DNA of 64,000 nucleotides. It comes from an uncultured Planctomycetota bacterium. GTDB lineage: Bacteria; Planctomycetota; PLA2; JAEUHO01. The position numbers were made by a program, and so were the translations under genes. Below the pieces are notes generated by a model. That model searched no databases, was not told the DNA's origin, and saw only the letters and a list, made by a program, of their open reading frames with translations. Below, one piece after another: positions 22,468 to 32,614 of the stretch (the stretch's first letter is position 1; each line of letters begins with the position of its first letter). The stretch is taken from the NCBI GenBank assembly GCA_963752285.1, contig CAVVXN010000001.1:1-64000 (forward strand), given 5' to 3'.

Positions 22468-23961
22468 TCAGGGGCAGGAGCTGACTGCCAAGAGCCGTTG
22501 CAGTTCCTCTCTCAAATCGGCCGGCAGGAGGTCTCCTCTAACCATCCTCTCCAGTTCCATCCTGCCTCGATTGAGGTCCGCGTTCAGGACCTCAGCCATC
22601 TCCATGCGCACATGGTTGGGCAGTCCTCTATCCAGCACACGACCTGCGACAACTGCCGCCCCATCCTCATAGAGGTATACCAGTCGCCGACCCGAGACCA
22701 TCCGCACTACTCGGAAGTTGTCTTCGAGCCGCGCGACCAGCACGCGTCGCAGGGAGTCCTTCGGCAAGTGGGCTGGTATGAGCTTGGTCAGCGCATCCAC
22801 AACTACCTTGGGCTCCTCGCGGTCTCCAACCTCCGCATCTAATCTCGCCATCACGGCCGCTTGCACTTGCAGGTCACGATCTCCAAGGAGATAATCAATC
22901 GCACCTGTAACAACGTTCTCTGCTGCGATCCCATGAGCCTTCGGTAGCCATTCCAGGAGCATTGCTCGACACTCCGGATCTGGGCCCTGGGCGTGTAGGC
23001 ACCGTTGCCTTACCGCCAAGGACGCATCTATTCGCTCGTCCTCGTCTCCTCCCCCCAGGGCATCACCGACCCTCGACCAAGCCACGCCCGGGATCCGATC
23101 TTCTGTGGCCCGCCAGAGAAGTCTTGCGCGGATTTCCGCATACTCCACGGGGAGCGCATCTGCATCTGTTGCGCTCACTTGGAGCCACGGAAGCTCCTCC
23201 ATGATCTGCTCGCGGACTGCCCCCCCTCTCCTTGCGAGATCCGCCATCGCAGCCAGGAGGCCGCTTGCTACCGCGCCGCCCCGTACGCTCCGCCGAGTCG
23301 AGAGCCACGTCAGTGCGCGGCACTGACGGGACTTCGCTTCGCGAAGCATACTCGCCACTCCGACCGCCTGATCCTCCATGAGGTCAAGGCAGATCCAGTC
23401 CTGAAAATCCGCGGCCGCTTCCCCCGCCTCCTTCCATCTCTCGGGCGCTATACGGCCCACGAGCCACCTCAATCGGGCGCCCCGCTCCTCAAATCCTCTC
23501 CACGCTACGTTTGACCCCGTGAGGATGGAGAGCGCCTTGAGTGCGTGATGTGCATCCAGTTTCCCGCTCCCCGCTAGCGCTCCCGCGATCTTCTCCATGA
23601 GATCCCAGATCCGACCATCCACGTATCCTTCCTCTGGTCCGAATTCGGCTTGGCCTTGGAGCAGGACCCCCAACCTATGGAGGGCGAGCGGGTGCTCCGC
23701 CACTGGACCAATCAGAGCCGGATACAGCCCCTCGAGTTGTGGCAGCAGGGCGTTCCTCGGCCCCGGTGCGCGCGCGCGGTCTCCGCAACCGGCACCGAGC
23801 AGGGTCATCGCAAGCAGCCAGCAGCATCCCCTACTTCGCCCAGAACCGTTGGATAGCACCTGCGGTCGCAGCGTCCATTTCTGATACGACCAACCAAGGC
23901 TGCCGGACATGCTCCCTCCCATTTGCGTGGGCTCCTTCGCCACCGCTGCGAATCGCCTCAA
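22468..23961 (-). CDS. Putative immunity lipoprotein, helical/HEAT-like
   Basis: Lipobox-like LLAMTLLGAGC. Directly downstream of full-length Rhs 1. Start uncertain. Confidence 0.65.
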   Translation of the reverse strand: MRRFAAVAKEPTQMGGSMSGSLGWSYQKWTLRPQVLSNGSGRSRGCCWLLAMTLLGAGCGDRARAPGPRNALLPQLEGLYPALIGPVAEHPLALHRLGVLLQGQAEFGPEEGYVDGRIWDLMEKIAGALAGSGKLDAHHALKALSILTGSNVAWRGFEERGARLRWLVGRIAPERWKEAGEAAADFQDWICLDLMEDQAVGVASMLREAKSRQCRALTWLSTRRSVRGGAVASGLLAAMADLARRGGAVREQIMEELPWLQVSATDADALPVEYAEIRARLLWRATEDRIPGVAWSRVGDALGGGDEDERIDASLAVRQRCLHAQGPDPECRAMLLEWLPKAHGIAAENVVTGAIDYLLGDRDLQVQAAVMARLDAEVGDREEPKVVVDALTKLIPAHLPKDSLRRVLVARLEDNFRVVRMVSGRRLVYLYEDGAAVVAGRVLDRGLPNHVRMEMAEVLNADLNRGRMELERMVRGDLLPADLREELQRLLAVSSCP

Positions 23962-23996
23962 ACGCGCTGGTTACATGACTCGAAACGGGAGTCGGG

Positions 23997-26900
23997 TTAT
24001 TTCACCTTATGCCTGTTCGCTGCGTCCCGTACTTTCTGCTTTGCCTTCTCGCCTTCGGGTCTCTGCCACCTCTGGGCAGTTCCGGCATCCGGATAGTTCC
24101 CTGTATCCGGATCGGGGGGAGGCGTAGGCCCCACGAGGCGGTCTCCCTCCGGCGTATAGTCATCCGGGTGTGGGTTCACCGATCGCCCTGGACCCAGATC
24201 GCTGGCGCTGATGCAACAAGCGAAGACTACGACGAACTGAAAATTGGGACCGCATCCGACGAGGTCGCGCACGCGCCGGTACCCCGTCTTGCTGTAGTCA
24301 TTGTCTCCACATTGGACCTCCCCACTATTATTCCCATGAGCAGCAATAATCAAACCGCCGTACTTGTCAGGGTTCTGCTCCATCTCCTCCAAGAGTTTCT
24401 TCAGTTTCTCCTCGGCCTCCTTGTTGCGCTTGTCGCGTTCCGCATCCTCGGCCTTCACTCGCTCGCGGTACTCCTCATCGCTCTCTCCGGATCTCTGCTC
24501 CGGGGTTGGGGCCCGCCCCGACTCAAACTCCACTACATCCTCATCCCTGACCTCGTACCCAGCATCCTCTGCCGCCTGCTCAATCCCATCAACAACGTCG
24601 TTGAACTCGTCGTTCGCCGGTTGGGTATCTCCATGTGTGAAGTCGCCCGGCCTCGTGTCCCGTATTACCGCGACACGCGGCTTGTCTCCCTTCCCATCCT
24701 CTGAGCCCCAACCAGACGCGTCTCTATATGTCGTGGGGCGACTCCGAACATACTGGTGCAGGCCAAGATCATCGATGTAGCCGAGTGGGTCTCTCTGCAA
24801 GAACCTCCCCTTCCCCGGGTCGTACGTCCTCGCCCGATAGAAGTAGAGCCCGTCCTCCGCGTCGTACTCCCGCCCCGTGAACAGGAAGGGGTTCCCGACC
24901 GGGCTCAGTGAGACGACGTTCCCCTGCGGGTCGAGGATCGCGGGCTTCCCGTACACGTCGTAGGTCGCCCACTCGACGACGCTCCCGCCGGGCTCCGAGA
25001 TCTCGGTCACCGACCCAAGCGCCTGCTGGTGGTACGTGAAGCGGAGCACCTCGGTCGTGTTCTGGTTCCCGTTCACGTCGGCCTGGTCAGCCCGGTCCAT
25101 GACCCGCGGCCGGTCGATCCCGTCCTCGTAGACGTAGCGCGCCTGCCAGACGTCCTGCCCGTCGTACTCCTCGATCACCTGCTGGGCGTCCAGCACGTAC
25201 CGCGTCGTCGCCCCGCCCGACACGGCCTTCTCGACCCGCCGTCCGATCGCGTCGTAGCGGTAAGTGGCAATGAGCGCCTGCGTCGCTTTGAGCTTCACCT
25301 CGACCAGCCGGTTCTCGAAGTCGTACGCGAAGAGGTAGGTCCCGTCGTCGGTCAGGTTCCCGTTGTTGTCGTGCGTCCGGGTGACGCCGCCGACCTGGGT
25401 GTACTGGTTCACCACGTCCGAAGCGTACGTCACGGTCGAGGGCGGGGTCGGCGGGGTCGTGAGCGTCTGGCTCCGGTTCCCGAGCCCGTCCAGCACGTAC
25501 TGGGCGTTCTTGGCGAAGGCCTGGCTCCCCGGGTTCTGGACCTCCTGGAGGGGATTCGTCGTGTCGTAGCGGACGTCCGTCAGGCGGTACGCCCAGTCGT
25601 AGGCGTAGACGTCCCCCTTGGTGTTGCGGGCCGCGAGGAAGGTCTGGACGGCCTGCGGAAGGGTCCCGACCCAGGTGGCGTCGAACGTGTTCTGCTCCAT
25701 CCGCCGGTTGTGGGCCCGATCGTAGGCGTAGGTGAACTTGTGGAGCGTCTGCCCGCTTCCGAGCTTGTGGTCGATGTCCTGGATCCGGGCGAAGCCGTCC
25801 CAGGCGTACTCGGTCGAGGTCCCGTTCTGGTTCGAGGTCGTCGCGAGCCGGCCCGCACCCTGGTACGTGAACGTCGCGATGTTCGTCCCCGCCCCCACGT
25901 CCTGGAGCGCGGTCATGCGGTAGATCGCGTCCCGCGTGTGGGCGGCCGCGAAGGCGCTCGGGTAGAGGACGCTCTGCACACTCGAGGCGTCCGACCACGT
26001 CGTCGTGACCGACTTCCACTTCTCCTGACCCTGGGCGTTGTAGCCCTGGCGCTCCTTCAAGAGGTTCCCCACGCTGTCCCAGGTGAGCTCGACCTGGAAG
26101 TCGTCATCGACGGCGGTGAGCGCCCTCCCGAGGACGTCGTAGGTGAACTGCTCGAACGTGCTCCCGAGGACCCCCGTCCCACGCGTCACGCTCGCATACG
26201 TCTTCCGGTCGAGCGCGTCGAAGGTGTTCTGGACGACCGTCCCGTTCTGATCGGTCCACTGCGACACGTTCGAGGCCGGGTCGTACTGGGTGTCGACGTA
26301 CCGCGTGTCCGCGTACGTGACGCGGGTCTGGCGATCTCGCGCGTCGAACTGATACGACGTCGAATCGAAGTTGTCGTCGGTCAGGCCCGTCAATCGATCA
26401 TTGCCGTCGTACTGGAAGCTCTCCGTGATCGACTGCGTGAAGTCCTCGATCGTCTGGCCGGTCTGGAGCGCACGCTCGTAGGTGAGGAGCCGGCTTGCGA
26501 GGTCGTATGTCCACCGGACCGGATGGGACTCGGCATCCAGCCGCCACGTCAGGTCGTTTCGGCTGTCGTAGCCGAGATTCGTCGTGAGAACGTTCTGGCC
26601 GTTCGACCGATCGATCTCGCGCCTCTGGGTCACGCGATTGATCGCATCGTAGTCGAACTCGGTCACGAACGTCTCGCTCCCGCCCCCGGCCGGGAGGTCG
26701 GTGTGGGAGCGGGTCGTGACGTTCCCGTTCGCGTCGAGGGAGAAGTCGTCGTGGTCGCCCATCGCGTCGAGGACCTGGACGAGGCGTGCCGCGGCGTCGA
26801 GCGAGTAGCTCGTGCTGTTCGAGAGGGGATCCGTTACTTGCGTCACGAGCCCGGTCGGGTCCCTCGTGATGATCGTCGTCGGCTGGCTCGGCGTCAGGTT

Positions 26901-29900
26901 CGGGCCGAAGCGGTCGTCGACCGTCTTCCAGAGCCGGTCCACCTCGTCGAAGTAACGCGTCGTCCGCGCGAGGAGCGCCGCCTGGCTGTCGTAGGCCTCG
27001 ACCAGCGTCTGGTTCCCCGACTTGTCGTATTGAAACGCCCGGTACGCGCCGAGGGCGTCCGTGACGCGCGTTCGACGGTCGAACAGGTCGTGATCGTACG
27101 TGGTCTCGTACGAGCGCGGGTTCTTCGAGGTCGCGAGCGAGCCGTTCAAATCGTAGGCGTACTCGATGGTCCCCTCGACCGCGCTCCCGGCTCCGAGGTG
27201 GACCTTGAAGGGGAGGTGGCGCTCGTCCCACTCGTAGCTCGTGACCCCGCCCTCGGGCTTCGTCACGGAGATGACTTCGCCGCTTCCGTCGTAGGCCCAG
27301 GTCGTGGTCGCCGTCGTGCTCGCGGTCAGGTCCACGGCCCTCGTGAGCATCCGCCCCACGATGTCGTAGGTGAACGACGTGTCGATCCACGGCGTCGTCG
27401 GGTCCTGGGTCCCGTGCCGATCGAGGTTCTCCAACTCGACGAGCGTCACCCGACGATCGGCGTCGTACGTGAGTCTGCGGCGGTAGGAGAGGGGCGACGG
27501 CGCCTGGACCTCCGTCACGTAGCCCTCCGCGTCGACGGATATGGCGGTCGTCGCCCCGCGCGCGTCCGTCACCGACACGACGTCCCCGTACTGGCTGTAG
27601 TCGAGCGTGGTCGTGAGCGCGAGCCCGGCTTGGTCCTTCGTCACCGACTGGAGGTAGCCGGCGTGGGACCCGGTCGTGTAGTACGAGAAGTCGACCGTCC
27701 GGCCGGCGCCGTCGGTCGCATTCGTGATCCGGCCCCGGCCGTCGAAGGAGAACGTCTCGGTGATCGTCTGCGTGCTCGGGCTCGTCACCGTGGGGCGCTG
27801 GATCTGCGTCGTGTTGCCCTGGGCGTCGACCTGGTAGACGGTGACGTTCCCCCGCGGGTCCGTGTACTGCGTCCGCTGGTTGTAGGGCCCGTACTGGTAG
27901 GAATGGACGATGTCCGTCCCCGAGTTGTTCGGAGTGTTCGTCTCCTTCCGCCGGAGCTCCGAGAGGTTCAGGGCGGCGTCATAGCGGTAGTCGACCCTGT
28001 TGCCGGCCGGGAACGCCGCGTACCGGATGAGGCCGGTCGTCTGGTCGACCCCGAACGTGGTGACGTACGACGTCGGCTCCCCCTGCCTGAGCCCCTTCGT
28101 GAAGACCTCCTCCTTGATCGGCACGCCGAACGTCGAGAAGGTCCACTCGACCGTGTTCCCGGAACGGTCCACGACCGCCGTCTTCGTGTCCGACCCGCCA
28201 AGGGCCGTATAGCTCATCGTGTAGGAGCCGTCTCCGATCGTCTCGCCGACGACACGGTCGTACCCGTCGTAGTAGAGCGTCTCTACCTTGTCCCCCGTGG
28301 GGCTCCAGACGTGCACCAGGTTGTGCGCCAGCGTCGGGTTCGTGTTGTTGCCCGTGTAGGAGAACCACACGGAGCGGCCCTGCGGGAACTGGGTCGAGCT
28401 CGGGGTCGTCACGCGCTTCAACTGCCCCAGGTAGTCGTACGTGAGGGTCCAGGTCCGCCCCCCGAAGTCCGTGATGCTCGAGAGGCGACCATCCGTCCCG
28501 TAGGACAGCGTGTAGCTCCGGTTGAGCGTGTCGGTCACCCCGGTCAGCTGGTCTCCGCTCCAGGTGTAGGAGAGGGCGTTCCCGTAGCGGTCCTGGACCT
28601 GCGTCCGGTAACCGTTCAGGAACGTGCTCGTCGTGCCAAATCGTGTCACGAGGGTCGACGTCTGCCCCTGGACGCCGAGAGTCGAGTCGTACTGCGGCGG
28701 CGGCACGAAGCTCCCGTTTCCCGCCAGCACGAACCGGTCGGCGCGGCCCCGGCCGTTCAAGTACGTCTGGTCCCCGTTCGTCTCCGCCCGGGTCCTCACG
28801 TCCTGGTTCAGCGTCCAGCCCTTCCCGTACCGGTAGTCGTAGCCGATGCGGGAGTGGTAGGTGAGCGTGAACTCTGCATCGAGCCCCACACCGGGCACGC
28901 CAAAGAGCGGGAGCGAGTAGACCTCCTCGGCGGTCGCGAACTCGACGCTCCCCTCGGTGGCCGGCGGCCACGCGTCGTTCGGAAGGTACTGGGGATCGGG
29001 ATAGCCCGAGAGCCCGCCTCGACCGAAACCCTCGCCGTCGAGGCACGAGCCGCAGCGGCTGGGGGTCGTGGACTGGACCCCCGAGGAGCTCGTCTGGACG
29101 AGCCCCGTCCCCGTCCCCGTGATCGTCGGGCTCGCTCCGGGGTTCCAGAGCACGTTGTCGAGGATGGAACGCCCCGACTCGCCCGCGGCGCTCGACCCCG
29201 TGTTCGCCACGAGCACGTAGAGGTCCTCGAAGCTCCCGGCCGGGTCGATCCACGACGACCCGCCCCCGGCCGGCGGCATGTTGGGCTCGATGTTGATCCA
29301 GCCGACCTGAAGGACGTTGGCGGGGTCGGCCGCGTCGAAGTAGTAGGCGTCGGTCCCGCCGGTGAGCCCCGGACAGAAGACGGTCAGGAACTGCCCGGCC
29401 GACGTCACGTCCGAGGCCCCCACGGCCGGTCCCGTCCAGACGGGCGGCGCCGTGAACGTGAAGAAGGCCCCGGTGTAGGGGAGCTGGAGCAGATAGGCCA
29501 TCCCCGTGACCGCGTCCGTCGCGGAGACGTAGGCCTCGTTGTCCAGGCTCGTGATGCCGGTGGGCACGGCCGGCGGCGGCCCCCAGGTCGGAAACGACGC
29601 GGGCGTCATGGCCGTCCGGTCGAAGAACGACACACCCACGAACCCGGGACCCGTACGGCCGAGGAGCATCAGATAGCGGGTCGCGGGGTTGCCGCTCGGC
29701 CTCACCTCGATCAGCTCGGTCGCCGTGGCGAAGGGGATGGCGGTCGCCGGAGCGAACACCCCGCCCACGAGGAACTGGTCGAGCCAGGCGCGGTTTCGGT
29801 CGTAGCCCCACGCGTAGAGCGCGCCTCCGAGCAGGTTGTCGGCCGTGATCTGGCTGTAGTTGGCCGCGGGGTTGCTGAGGGAGAGCGTCGCCACGCCGGT

Positions 29901-30302
29901 GGCGGGGTCGACGGTCCAGACCTGCCCGTTGTTGCAGCCGACGACGAGCTGCTGGAGCGAGACCGACCAGTCCATGTCCATGCAGGTGTTGGGCGGGATC
30001 GGGAGCGTCAGGGTCCCGGTCGAGAGGTTCGCCTTCGGGTCGACGACCGTCACGGTCGAGTTCCCGCTGTTCAGGACGTAGGCGGCGCTCCCGTCGGCAA
30101 GCGTCACCGTGTCCACCGGGTTCGGCCCCGTCGGAATCCCCTGGGCCAAGGCACCCGGCAGGTGCCCCACGAGGAGCACGACCAGGACGAGCCCCACGAT
30201 CTCGGGCCATCTCCCCCGGATCTCGGGGAGCGTCGCGGCCAACCCCCTCTCCTCGATCCGACGCGGCCGGCGGACGTTCTCGCTCCGGCTCTTCTTCGAC
30301 AC
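23997..30302 (-). CDS. Full-length Rhs/YD-repeat polymorphic toxin 1 (signal peptide, YVTN-like propeller, DUF6531-like region, Rhs core, caspase-like CT)
   Basis: GTG start by analogy to 44085. Continuous YD repeats. RFLQRDPLG...DASG, then a CT with IIAAHG and VVFAC. Confidence 0.9.
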   Translation of the reverse strand: MSKKSRSENVRRPRRIEERGLAATLPEIRGRWPEIVGLVLVVLLVGHLPGALAQGIPTGPNPVDTVTLADGSAAYVLNSGNSTVTVVDPKANLSTGTLTLPIPPNTCMDMDWSVSLQQLVVGCNNGQVWTVDPATGVATLSLSNPAANYSQITADNLLGGALYAWGYDRNRAWLDQFLVGGVFAPATAIPFATATELIEVRPSGNPATRYLMLLGRTGPGFVGVSFFDRTAMTPASFPTWGPPPAVPTGITSLDNEAYVSATDAVTGMAYLLQLPYTGAFFTFTAPPVWTGPAVGASDVTSAGQFLTVFCPGLTGGTDAYYFDAADPANVLQVGWINIEPNMPPAGGGSSWIDPAGSFEDLYVLVANTGSSAAGESGRSILDNVLWNPGASPTITGTGTGLVQTSSSGVQSTTPSRCGSCLDGEGFGRGGLSGYPDPQYLPNDAWPPATEGSVEFATAEEVYSLPLFGVPGVGLDAEFTLTYHSRIGYDYRYGKGWTLNQDVRTRAETNGDQTYLNGRGRADRFVLAGNGSFVPPPQYDSTLGVQGQTSTLVTRFGTTSTFLNGYRTQVQDRYGNALSYTWSGDQLTGVTDTLNRSYTLSYGTDGRLSSITDFGGRTWTLTYDYLGQLKRVTTPSSTQFPQGRSVWFSYTGNNTNPTLAHNLVHVWSPTGDKVETLYYDGYDRVVGETIGDGSYTMSYTALGGSDTKTAVVDRSGNTVEWTFSTFGVPIKEEVFTKGLRQGEPTSYVTTFGVDQTTGLIRYAAFPAGNRVDYRYDAALNLSELRRKETNTPNNSGTDIVHSYQYGPYNQRTQYTDPRGNVTVYQVDAQGNTTQIQRPTVTSPSTQTITETFSFDGRGRITNATDGAGRTVDFSYYTTGSHAGYLQSVTKDQAGLALTTTLDYSQYGDVVSVTDARGATTAISVDAEGYVTEVQAPSPLSYRRRLTYDADRRVTLVELENLDRHGTQDPTTPWIDTSFTYDIVGRMLTRAVDLTASTTATTTWAYDGSGEVISVTKPEGGVTSYEWDERHLPFKVHLGAGSAVEGTIEYAYDLNGSLATSKNPRSYETTYDHDLFDRRTRVTDALGAYRAFQYDKSGNQTLVEAYDSQAALLARTTRYFDEVDRLWKTVDDRFGPNLTPSQPTTIITRDPTGLVTQVTDPLSNSTSYSLDAAARLVQVLDAMGDHDDFSLDANGNVTTRSHTDLPAGGGSETFVTEFDYDAINRVTQRREIDRSNGQNVLTTNLGYDSRNDLTWRLDAESHPVRWTYDLASRLLTYERALQTGQTIEDFTQSITESFQYDGNDRLTGLTDDNFDSTSYQFDARDRQTRVTYADTRYVDTQYDPASNVSQWTDQNGTVVQNTFDALDRKTYASVTRGTGVLGSTFEQFTYDVLGRALTAVDDDFQVELTWDSVGNLLKERQGYNAQGQEKWKSVTTTWSDASSVQSVLYPSAFAAAHTRDAIYRMTALQDVGAGTNIATFTYQGAGRLATTSNQNGTSTEYAWDGFARIQDIDHKLGSGQTLHKFTYAYDRAHNRRMEQNTFDATWVGTLPQAVQTFLAARNTKGDVYAYDWAYRLTDVRYDTTNPLQEVQNPGSQAFAKNAQYVLDGLGNRSQTLTTPPTPPSTVTYASDVVNQYTQVGGVTRTHDNNGNLTDDGTYLFAYDFENRLVEVKLKATQALIATYRYDAIGRRVEKAVSGGATTRYVLDAQQVIEEYDGQDVWQARYVYEDGIDRPRVMDRADQADVNGNQNTTEVLRFTYHQQALGSVTEISEPGGSVVEWATYDVYGKPAILDPQGNVVSLSPVGNPFLFTGREYDAEDGLYFYRARTYDPGKGRFLQRDPLGYIDDLGLHQYVRSRPTTYRDASGWGSEDGKGDKPRVAVIRDTRPGDFTHGDTQPANDEFNDVVDGIEQAAEDAGYEVRDEDVVEFESGRAPTPEQRSGESDEEYRERVKAEDAERDKRNKEAEEKLKKLLEEMEQNPDKYGGLIIAAHGNNSGEVQCGDNDYSKTGYRRVRDLVGCGPNFQFVVVFACCISASDLGPGRSVNPHPDDYTPEGDRLVGPTPPPDPDTGNYPDAGTAQRWQRPEGEKAKQKVRDAANRHKVK

Positions 30303-30318
30303 GGCCTCCCCCTCTCCC

Positions 30319-31440
30319 CTACCAGGTCGCGTTCGAGATCTGGTTCTTGGCCTGCGTGGCCGTGGCCGCGATCGACGGGTTCGCATTGGCCGCATCTGCG
30401 GACATCGTCGTGAGCCCCGACTTGTCGTGGAGCTGGAGGAGCGCGAGAGCGGCCTCGCGCCGGACCGAGAACGTGGTCGAGCCGAGGAGCGTCTTCAAGG
30501 TCGGCACCACCTGGCTCGAGATGTCCGAGGAGACCCTGCCCGCGATCTTCGCGGCGAGCCCCTGGACCCGCGGATCCGTGTCGCCGAGCAAGAGGAGCAC
30601 GGCGCTCCGGTTCTGGGCCGCGCCCCCGAGGAGCCCCAGGCCCTGGAGCGCCGTCCACCGGACCGTCGCGTCCGCATCCGTGAGCGCCGCCGCGTAGGTC
30701 GAGCCCTGGTTCTTGTCCCCGGTCCGGACCATCGCGGAGAGAGCCCGACTCCGAACCCACGCCTGGCTGTTGCTCGCGAGAGCCGTGAGCTCGCTCAGGG
30801 CCTTGGCCTCTCCGAGCGCGTCGATCGCGTTCTCGCGCTCCGCCCGCGACGCCTTGCTCTCCCGCGCGAGGTCGTAGACGTCGGAGAGCCCGTCGCTCGA
30901 CACGACCGCGAGCGCACGCACGGCGGCGTCCCGGACCGCGCGAGGGGCATTCTCGTCCCCGGCGACCTGCCGGAGGTCGCCGGTCGCGGTGCCACCGGCC
31001 TGCCCGAGGCCCCGCACCGCCACCACGCGGATCGAGGCGAGCTCCTCGGGATCCTGCGCACGGCTCGAAAGCGTGCCAAGCGCGCCGCTCGCATGGCGCG
31101 CGAGGATCCGGACCGCCGCCGCCCGCGTCACCACGTCGTTCGAGGACGCGAGCGAGACGACACCCGTGAGTTGGCTCGTGGAGAGGCTCATCCGCCCGAT
31201 CGCCTCGGCGAGGCCCGCCTTGACGAGCGCCGAGGCGTCGCTGTCGAGGACCTGGAGCAGGTCGTCGAGTCGCGACGGCTCCGAGGCGAGCTGCGCGATC
31301 GTCGCCTCACGCGCGCTCCCGTCGGCGTTCGAGAGCTCGTTCACGAACGACGGCTGCTCCGTCACGTCCGCGAGGAGCCAGGCACCGCCTCCCACGACGA
31401 GCACCACCGCGAGAGGACCCCACCGTCTCGAGGAACGCAT
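30319..31440 (-). CDS. HEAT-repeat protein with N-terminal signal/anchor
   Basis: Repeats such as DADATVRWTALQGLG and DTDPRVQGLAAK. GGGAGG ribosome-binding site upstream. Confidence 0.85.
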   Translation of the reverse strand: MRSSRRWGPLAVVLVVGGGAWLLADVTEQPSFVNELSNADGSAREATIAQLASEPSRLDDLLQVLDSDASALVKAGLAEAIGRMSLSTSQLTGVVSLASSNDVVTRAAAVRILARHASGALGTLSSRAQDPEELASIRVVAVRGLGQAGGTATGDLRQVAGDENAPRAVRDAAVRALAVVSSDGLSDVYDLARESKASRAERENAIDALGEAKALSELTALASNSQAWVRSRALSAMVRTGDKNQGSTYAAALTDADATVRWTALQGLGLLGGAAQNRSAVLLLLGDTDPRVQGLAAKIAGRVSSDISSQVVPTLKTLLGSTTFSVRREAALALLQLHDKSGLTTMSADAANANPSIAATATQAKNQISNATW

Positions 31441-31579
31441 GAGCGCGACCTCCCTTCTCGTACGGCACCATCTCGTCCGAGGGGGAGAGTGGCGCCGCCT
31501 ACGTCACAGCGCAAGTGGGGACCGACCCGATCCATGAGGAATTCGTAGGGGTTGCCACAATCTTGCAGCGCGGCGTTCC

Positions 31580-32458
31580 CTAGCGCGACAGCGTCAGTGT
31601 TGCCTGCTGCGCGCCCGCAACACGCCGCACGCGCACGTCGCCGGTCACCTCGTTTCCAAATGCGGCGAGAGCACGCGAAACGTCCGAGACGGCGTGGTCC
31701 CCGATACGCTCGATCACATCTCCCGGCTTGAGGCCGAGTTGCGCAATCTGGCTCTCTCCGCGAACGCCGGTCACGCGCACACCGGTGACGCGGCCCTCGG
31801 CTCCGTAGAACGGGACGAGCTTCACGTCTCCCGCCGCGCTCGTTCCCGACGCAACCTCAGCGCGGCCAGCGTCTTCCACCGCTTCCGGGGCCGTCCCGCC
31901 TCGCCGCAGAGGCCCGACACCCCGCACGCGGCGATCGATCGGATGGTCGAGGGGCACGACGAACGTGAAGGTCTCCTCGCCTCGTGCGAGCGTGATCAGG
32001 CCTTCGCGGTCCCTCTCCTCGATCCGGCGGATGACGACGCCTTGGTCCGGCCGCCCCTCCGAGACCACGTAGGTCTCGGGGTGCGCGGGGTCCTTCGAGA
32101 CGAGCACCACCGCGTCGGGACCCGCGGGGTCCCGCCACCAGGCCGCGATCTTGTGGGCCGAGAGCGGCAGGGACGTGGCCTGCCCCACGATCACGTCGGC
32201 ATGCCTCGGTGGCTGGCGCTCCGGGAACTCGCACGGCCACCACCGGCTCACCTCCCTCACGAGGTCCGCCCACGCGACGGGGCCCGAGCGAGGCGGGGCC
32301 GCGGGCGGAGGCAGGGCGCGCGCGTCGAGAGCGGCGCCGGTCTCAGGCCTTCCCCCCGCCCCGCCCGCGAGCAGGGCCCACCACGCCCACACGGCCGCGA
32401 CCAGGAGCGCGCCGTTCAGGCGCCAGAGCCAGCGGCGCGCGAGGAACACGCGGAGCAC
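31580..32458 (-). CDS. GspC-like protein: N-terminal TM helix, beta-rich middle domain, C-terminal PDZ
   Basis: WRLNGALLVAAVWAWW TM segment. GVRVTGVRGESQIAQLGLKPGDVIERIG PDZ signature. Confidence 0.75.
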   Translation of the reverse strand: MLRVFLARRWLWRLNGALLVAAVWAWWALLAGGAGGRPETGAALDARALPPPAAPPRSGPVAWADLVREVSRWWPCEFPERQPPRHADVIVGQATSLPLSAHKIAAWWRDPAGPDAVVLVSKDPAHPETYVVSEGRPDQGVVIRRIEERDREGLITLARGEETFTFVVPLDHPIDRRVRGVGPLRRGGTAPEAVEDAGRAEVASGTSAAGDVKLVPFYGAEGRVTGVRVTGVRGESQIAQLGLKPGDVIERIGDHAVSDVSRALAAFGNEVTGDVRVRRVAGAQQATLTLSR

Positions 32459-32614
32459 ACGCCCACGGTAGCGCCGGCGGCTACGAAGGGGAAGGACGGC
32501 TGAACGCGAGCCGAAGACGCGCGGCCCGAGGTCGGGAGGGCGCCGCTCTCGGCTCCGTTCTCCCGCACGCGGCGTCGAGGTCGAGGCGCGCCTGCGTGCG
32601 CGGACCCCGGTAGA

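Noticed and set aside
25029..30413. Very long plus-strand ORFs (1794 aa; also 18042-20822, 40996-44187, 12657-14015)
   Set aside because: Antisense shadows of GC-rich Rhs genes, with V/R/G-biased composition and no domain motifs.
31545..31570. Sigma-54 promoter (TTGCCACAATCTTGCA; also near 45337)
   Set aside because: Lacks the invariant GG at -24 and points away from the operon direction.
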